From the IMG/VR virus record IMGVR_UViG_3300014932_000131: a stretch of DNA of 64,000 nt; one strand, given 5' to 3'. Below the pieces are notes generated by a model. The model was not told the origin of the DNA and made no database searches. It saw only the letters and a program-made list of their open reading frames with translations. Shown one piece after another: positions 60,128 through 64,000 of the stretch. Every line of letters begins with the position of its first letter. Positions within the stretch are counted from its first letter, which is position 1. The DNA is from a virus (lineage: Duplodnaviria; Heunggongvirae; Uroviricota; Caudoviricetes). The translations under genes were made by a program, and so were the position numbers.

Positions 60128-60384
60128 ATTAGTTGATCTAAGTCTTCTTCAGACAGTTTCTCATCCTTTAAAGACACAAAGTCCATACTAGGAGAATCTT
60201 TAAAATTATCTTCAGCACCTTCCATCATATAATCTGATGTAAAGGTAATAGCCATTCTTTCATCATCCCCTTCTGGTACTCCTGTTATATCTATATAATC
60301 TACCCCTTTATTATATAAGTCCATAAGTATATCTATGAAGTTATCTAAAGGGATTTTTTTAATCATTGGTACGTTGCTTTCCAT
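60124..60384 (-). CDS. hypothetical acidic protein, 86 aa
   Basis: Complete ORF. Confidence 0.45.
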   Translation of the reverse strand: MESNVPMIKKIPLDNFIDILMDLYNKGVDYIDITGVPEGDDERMAITFTSDYMMEGAEDNFKDSPSMDFVSLKDEKLSEEDLDQLI

Positions 60385-60670
60385 GAATTTCTTTTTTTAA
60401 AGCATCCTCTTCTTCAATGGACATTACTTCTTCCCATTTCTTCAAAGGACACGAACATGATAAACATTTTGTCTTAGCAGCTAGTGTACATCCACAATTT
60501 GTACAATGAACATCTGGCCTAATAGATGTATGTTTTGTAGATATTAAATCACATCCATTACATATGATCATTCTTTCCTCACTAATCTTCTTTATATGAG
60601 CTCTCATTTCCTTAGCTGGAAATAGGTTGTTTTTCCAACCCTCATAAACTTGGGAGAAATTAATCTTCAT
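60359..60670 (-). CDS. Cys-rich zinc-finger protein, 103 aa
   Basis: CNGCDL...HCTNCGC...CLSCSCP cysteine/histidine clusters. Confidence 0.5.
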   Translation of the reverse strand: MKINFSQVYEGWKNNLFPAKEMRAHIKKISEERMIICNGCDLISTKHTSIRPDVHCTNCGCTLAAKTKCLSCSCPLKKWEEVMSIEEEDALKKEIHGKQRTND

Positions 60671-61013
60671 ATGTAGTTCTGGATTTTAATTCATTTATAG
60701 AAACTATTGTCTTCTCTAGTGTGATAGTGGAAGACTTTCTTTTCTGTTCTGATGTTTCTTCACTTTCTATTATCTTCTCTAGAGCTCCTTTCTTAGCATT
60801 CAAAGCTCCTATCCTTTTCACTGCCTTCTTATTATTAAAAAAGAACTTTCCAAATCCACTTACCTCCACACTACTATTTAAATCCATTGCCTCATTAGCA
60901 GATTGAAACTGATGGTTAATTACAGCTTCAATTAACTTCTCACTCTTCAGGATTTTTACAGCCAATGTTCTAACTAGAAAATCCTTGACGGACATTGTTA
61001 TTGGCTTATCCAT
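60660..61013 (-). CDS. HU/IHF-like DNA-binding protein
   Basis: ...VEVSGFGKFFFNNKKAVKRIGALNAKKG... matches the HU beta-arm region (V.L.GFG.F.V..R.AR.GRNP.TGE); size 117 aa. Confidence 0.65.
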   Translation of the reverse strand: MDKPITMSVKDFLVRTLAVKILKSEKLIEAVINHQFQSANEAMDLNSSVEVSGFGKFFFNNKKAVKRIGALNAKKGALEKIIESEETSEQKRKSSTITLEKTIVSINELKSRTTYED

Positions 61014-61362
61014 GTATCACATTAATTTGTAATGTAATGTCCTTATCAAAATTAAGAACAATAATTGGATTCACCTTTATCTTACTGCCATCCTTTATAA
61101 ACACCCCTATACGCTTCAGCTTACTTATCATATTATTAATCGTAGGGGGCGAGGAGTTGTATCTCTTGCAGAACTCCTCCCTAATGTTGGCATAGGAGAT
61201 GTTTCCCTTTATAGCTGTAAAGGCTATAAGCTGTATCTCCCTAGTTGTAAGCTTTAAATCATTAACAGCTGACAGCAAACTATAATACTTCTCAGCAGCA
61301 GCATAACTATCTGTCACTTGCTTCTTAAGCTTCTGTACTATTATTTTGTTTGTTGGTTCCAT
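61006..61362 (-). CDS. hypothetical protein (118 aa), possible winged-helix DNA-binding protein; first gene of the minus-strand block
   Basis: YNSSPPTINNMISKLKRIGVF resembles a recognition helix plus wing; functional call weak. Confidence 0.35.
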   Translation of the reverse strand: MEPTNKIIVQKLKKQVTDSYAAAEKYYSLLSAVNDLKLTTREIQLIAFTAIKGNISYANIREEFCKRYNSSPPTINNMISKLKRIGVFIKDGSKIKVNPIIVLNFDKDITLQINVIHG

Positions 61363-61580
61363 ATATAATTAGAACAAAGGTAGGTGTATTCCATTGATCT
61401 TCAAATAACTATTTTAATTATTCATAAACTTATTGCTATATTATCCTCTATTTTTCTCATTGGTGTATTTAGAAGAACCTAAGCCCTATTCTCCTTCCCC
61501 ACCCACACACCCCAAAGGTAATGGTGTCTTTAGGATATAAACAAATTTATTTTTAAAATGTGGATAAACTCTCGAATGAC

Positions 61581-61730
61581 AGGATATTATAATATAGGCA
61601 CAACAACATATTATAATTATACCCCACAAGGTATAATGTGTCATAAAAGGGACAATATTATACCCTATTGGGTGTTATAAGGGACATTATATGTCAATGG
61701 ATATAACATGGCTGGTATGTCGTACATTAT
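61581..61730. repeat. Array of five or more (C/G)ATATTATA / TATAAT-like motifs at ~24-45 bp spacing, including an imperfect direct repeat AAGGGACA(A)TATTATA
   Basis: ggatattataatata, acatattataattata, aagggacaatattata, aagggacattatatg, cattatacg, within a 1.08-kb ORF-free divergent intergenic region. Confidence 0.5.
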
Positions 61731-62116
61731 ACGCAAAAACATATACTAATGTTGTATATATCATACAGTCAAAGGCTAGGCTGTTGATAATGTACAACAA
61801 TATGTAAAGCAATAGCTTGACAATATGTAAACTAATGTAAAGCTATAAATTGACTTTTGGCAGAATATAGTCAATATATAACTTGCCAAATGTCCAGTTT
61901 TTGATATAAAAAACTTGACAATCTCAGTAGTGAAAAGCTGCCAAACCTGGAAGTCTTGTCACAAATATTTGAAAAACTGTGACACTCTTGTAACAAATAA
62001 CTATATAAATATGTTACAAAAAATAAGGGCAATTTTTAATTTATGGGTGCAATTAACACTGTGGGTATAAAAATGGGTGCATGAAGAATTTGGAAAAATT
62101 CATGCAAACATTTAAC

Positions 62117-62126
62117 ATGGGCCCAT
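62117..62126. promoter_or_regulatory. Perfect 10-bp palindrome ATGGGCCCAT flanked by repeated ATGGGTGCA and CAATTAACA motifs (candidate operator/iteron cluster)
   Basis: atgggtgca at 62043 and 62072; caattaaca at 62050 and 62130; palindrome at 62117. Confidence 0.4.
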
Positions 62127-62184
62127 TGGACAATTAACATTAAACACATCTAACTTATTGGTTGTTAAGCAATTAAGTCCATAG

Positions 62185-62218
62185 TTCCACAAGGAACGTT
62201 TTACAAAATTTTTTTTCC
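62185..62218 (+). terminator. Plus-strand intrinsic terminator inside the ORF-free region (GTTCC-ACAA-GGAAC followed by GTTTTACAAAATTTTTTTT)
   Basis: 5-bp stem, 4-nt loop, then a T8-containing T-rich tract on the plus strand only. Implies a short plus-strand transcript ending here with no ORF of 61 aa or more upstream. Confidence 0.45.
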
Positions 62219-62286
62219 AATTTTACAAACCCCTTTTATGGAAGTGAGGGGAGTCCACACCACATCACAACCCCCTGTGCAAATTG

Positions 62287-62313
62287 GGAGGTTGGGGGTG
62301 CTCCCCTTGCTCC
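62287..62313. promoter_or_regulatory. Nested GC-rich stem-loop GGAG-GTT-GGGGG-TGC-TCCCC-TTG-CTCC inside a locally GC/C-rich island (62225-62410)
   Basis: Outer 4-bp and inner 4-5-bp stems with a symmetric internal loop. Surrounded by C-rich tracts (ccacaccacatcacaaccccc; accacaccctgtcataaccctcaacc), unusual in this AT-rich genome. Confidence 0.4.
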
Positions 62314-62447
62314 GAATGGTCAAATTGAATTCTTAAAGCAGAGTTCAGAAAACAGATTTTTGAGACCACACCCTGTCATAACCCTCAACCAGTCTTAACC
62401 CTTTGAACACATTAATATTTTTTATTCACAATTAAAGCTAAAACAAA

Positions 62448-62861
62448 ATGGCGTTAAATTTCAAAGTACGAGAAGCACGTGCACCAATTGCTTCATTAGG
62501 AAGAGTTACAGATGTATTAGGTAAAGGTGGAAAGATTGAGTTCAATCCTCTTAACTATGCTGCAACAGACAGACGATTAGTTGCTTACTTAATCAAAGCT
62601 GATGGAAGTGAAGAACAAATTACTTGTTCTCAACCTGTTAGTGACGGTGTTAGAAGTAAAGAGATTTCATTGAACCAATTAATGGGCTTTGAAATCAAAG
62701 AACAAGTTAGTGCTGCAGGTGAAGTTTACAACCAAATCAACAAGCCTGACAATGCAACAAGCAGAATCAGCTTTAATGCTGATGACATCACTGTTGAAGA
62801 GTACAAAGTAGAAGCTCTTACAGAAGATAAGATTAAATCATTAATCGCAATTAGCTTGTAA
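62448..62861 (+). CDS. hypothetical protein (137 aa); isolated plus-strand gene with its own terminator
   Basis: Complete ORF preceded by an A-rich leader (aaagctaaaacaaaATG), followed by a strong hairpin terminator. Confidence 0.6.
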   Translation: MALNFKVREARAPIASLGRVTDVLGKGGKIEFNPLNYAATDRRLVAYLIKADGSEEQITCSQPVSDGVRSKEISLNQLMGFEIKEQVSAAGEVYNQINKPDNATSRISFNADDITVEEYKVEALTEDKIKSLIAISL

Positions 62862-62866
62862 TTAAT

Positions 62867-62910
62867 AAGAGAGTAGTGTTCTACAAAGAACATTGCTCTC
62901 TTTATTATAT
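62867..62910 (+). terminator. Intrinsic terminator of the 137-aa gene
   Basis: AGAGAG-tag-TGTTCT-ACAA-AGAACA-ttg-CTCTCT extended stem-loop followed by TTTATTATAT. Confidence 0.65.
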
Positions 62911-63079
62911 ATATGGGTGGGCTGAAGGCTTTAGGGTGGGCATAACACACTGATTATCAACAAGTTCTCTGTAAGAATGAGAATAGGTGTAGGTACATAA
63001 CCTGCTTTCAACCCATTAGAACAACATCAATAAATCATGCTATTCAATATAAATATATATAGCATTAAATAACAATTAT

Positions 63080-63259
63080 ATGACAATAGATGTAAGATGT
63101 TATGATGATAGAAAGTTTACATATACATTAGATGATGTTCAACATATTCCTTACAAGGATGATCTTGTTGTCTTTAATAATATATGGTATAAGGTTGATG
63201 GGTTTGTCTGGAACTTTGATACTTCTATCATTATAATGTATATTAGAACTACATAATGC
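63080..63259 (+). CDS. Small hypothetical ORF (59 aa), below the ORF-track cutoff
   Basis: MTIDVRCYDDRKFTYTLDDVQHIPYKDDLVVFNNIWYKVDGFVWNFDTSIIIMYIRTT. Same strand as the flanking plus-strand genes. Competes with an implausible Cys-rich antisense ORF 63128..63463. Confidence 0.3.
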
Positions 63260-63783
63260 ACCATTTCTATTTCCCAAGGATAGACAGATGTAGTGCTCAG
63301 GACTATGTAGAGATACATTGTAATTGCTTTGAGTAAATGTACATGAACAGCTACATTTGAGTGCAGAGGGATTTGTATTAGGATAAACTACACTGTATAA
63401 GGGTTGGGTGTTTAAACAATCTATCCATAAAAGATGGGTTATCCAATACATTATTTGTTGCATATGAATACATTAGAATATATAAGCTGAGGCAACATTA
63501 GGCTGTATATTCGCTTTAATCATTATATAATGAAAACATATTGGATTACAAACTATAGCTCTATAGGTTTCACTATAGGTATAGGTAGAGAACATGTTAT
63601 GTTTAGACATAAATATATACATAATAGAGTTATACACTTTACAATAGGGATTCTGTTCTGGACTTACATCATTAACATAAATATTAAATAATATATATCT
63701 CTGTTATTAGCCTTTAATATTAACCAAAGGCGATATATATTTACACAACACATTATTAATCAACCAATTAACACATTACACTT

Positions 63784-64000
63784 ATGAAAAAACTTGAATT
63801 ATACATAGGCATTGCCTTGATAATCATCACAACAGTATTGATATGCATATTTATGTTTGCATTATCATATACAGATGAAAGGCTTATGTTTGTATCATTT
63901 GTATCACTAATAGGATATATTATATCTTATTTATATGTTGATAGTTATATAAGTAGAACAGAAATACATCATTATATTAAAGGATATGATGATGCAAAAG
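63784..64000 (+). CDS. Small membrane protein, 3'-truncated by the window end (holin-like topology)
   Basis: MKKLELYIGIALIIITTVLICIFMFALSYTDERLMFVSFVSLIGYIISYLYVD...: two predicted TM helices; open to the window end. Confidence 0.5.
   Translation, partial: MKKLELYIGIALIIITTVLICIFMFALSYTDERLMFVSFVSLIGYIISYLYVDSYISRTEIHHYIKGYDDAK

Noticed and set aside
61817-61918. Three TTGACA hexamers and several TATAAT-like hexamers read as sigma70 promoters
   Set aside because: Spacing to TATAAT-like elements is not 16-18 bp. The apparent host translation and promoter style is Bacteroidota-like, where TTGACA/TATAAT is not the consensus. The motifs are retained only as part of the repeat-rich region finding.
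61363-62447. tRNA genes in the ORF-free region
   Set aside because: No GTTCRANYC T-loop, 7-bp acceptor pairing or CCA-compatible 3' ends found by eye; the GC-rich hairpins do not complete a cloverleaf
63128-63463. 111-aa Cys-rich minus-strand ORF in the right-hand plus-strand region
   Set aside because: Odd composition (CSCSCTFTQ...); antisense to a small plus-strand ORF and lies in a region where the flanking genes are on the plus strand; kept only as a low-probability alternative
63570-63579. TCACTATAGG, identical to positions -8 to +2 of the T7-class phage RNAP promoter core, preceded by CTATAGG repeats
   Set aside because: Single 10-mer with roughly 0.1 chance expectation in 64 kb of AT-rich DNA; no T7-like single-subunit RNAP motifs seen in the window and no recurrence of the motif upstream of other genes; likely coincidence but cheap to check genome-wide
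1-64000. CRISPR array, diversity-generating retroelement, integrase/attachment sites
   Set aside because: The only long repeats are protein-coding collagen-like tracts, with no spacer-repeat periodicity of 28-37 nt. No reverse transcriptase or tyrosine/serine recombinase signatures in any ORF, and no template/variable repeat pair was identifiable.

Overview
This window is almost entirely one minus-strand morphogenesis and virion block of a large tailed phage, about 60 kb long. The sequence is AT-rich and essentially lacks Shine-Dalgarno sites, consistent with a Bacteroidota/Flavobacteriia-type host. Read in transcription order (high to low coordinate), the block contains a winged-helix-like protein, an HU/IHF-like protein, a Zn-finger protein and three small ORFs. 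These are followed by the large terminase, portal, an SPFH/Band-7 protein, the scaffold and the major capsid protein. After a GC-hairpin terminator and an HNH endonuclease come several structural proteins and a modular tail-fibre set: a tail-collar HxH fibre, two collagen-like GTS-repeat fibres with C-terminal S74 intramolecular-chaperone domains, and a BNR/Asp-box propeller. An internal intrinsic terminator at about 42.7 kb ends this module. Downstream lie a metallophosphoesterase, a second HNH cassette and a run of very large proteins of 1511, 828, 983, 908, 3707 and 1639 aa, then more collagen-like fibres. The very large proteins resemble ejected or cargo proteins of podovirus-like (crAss-like) phages. 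Several carry enzymatic signatures: a PGM-type histidine phosphatase, a PD-(D/E)xK nuclease core, and a DFDID acidic triad in the 3707-aa protein. The block ends at a bidirectional terminator near 840, facing a plus-strand GT9-like glycosyltransferase. The right end (61.4 to 64 kb) is a divergent, largely ORF-free regulatory region with repeat arrays, GC-rich hairpins, a possible short plus-strand transcript, an isolated 137-aa gene with its own terminator and a truncated small membrane-protein gene. No tRNA, CRISPR array, integrase or reverse transcriptase was seen. All functional calls rest on motif recognition by eye and need HMM or structure confirmation.
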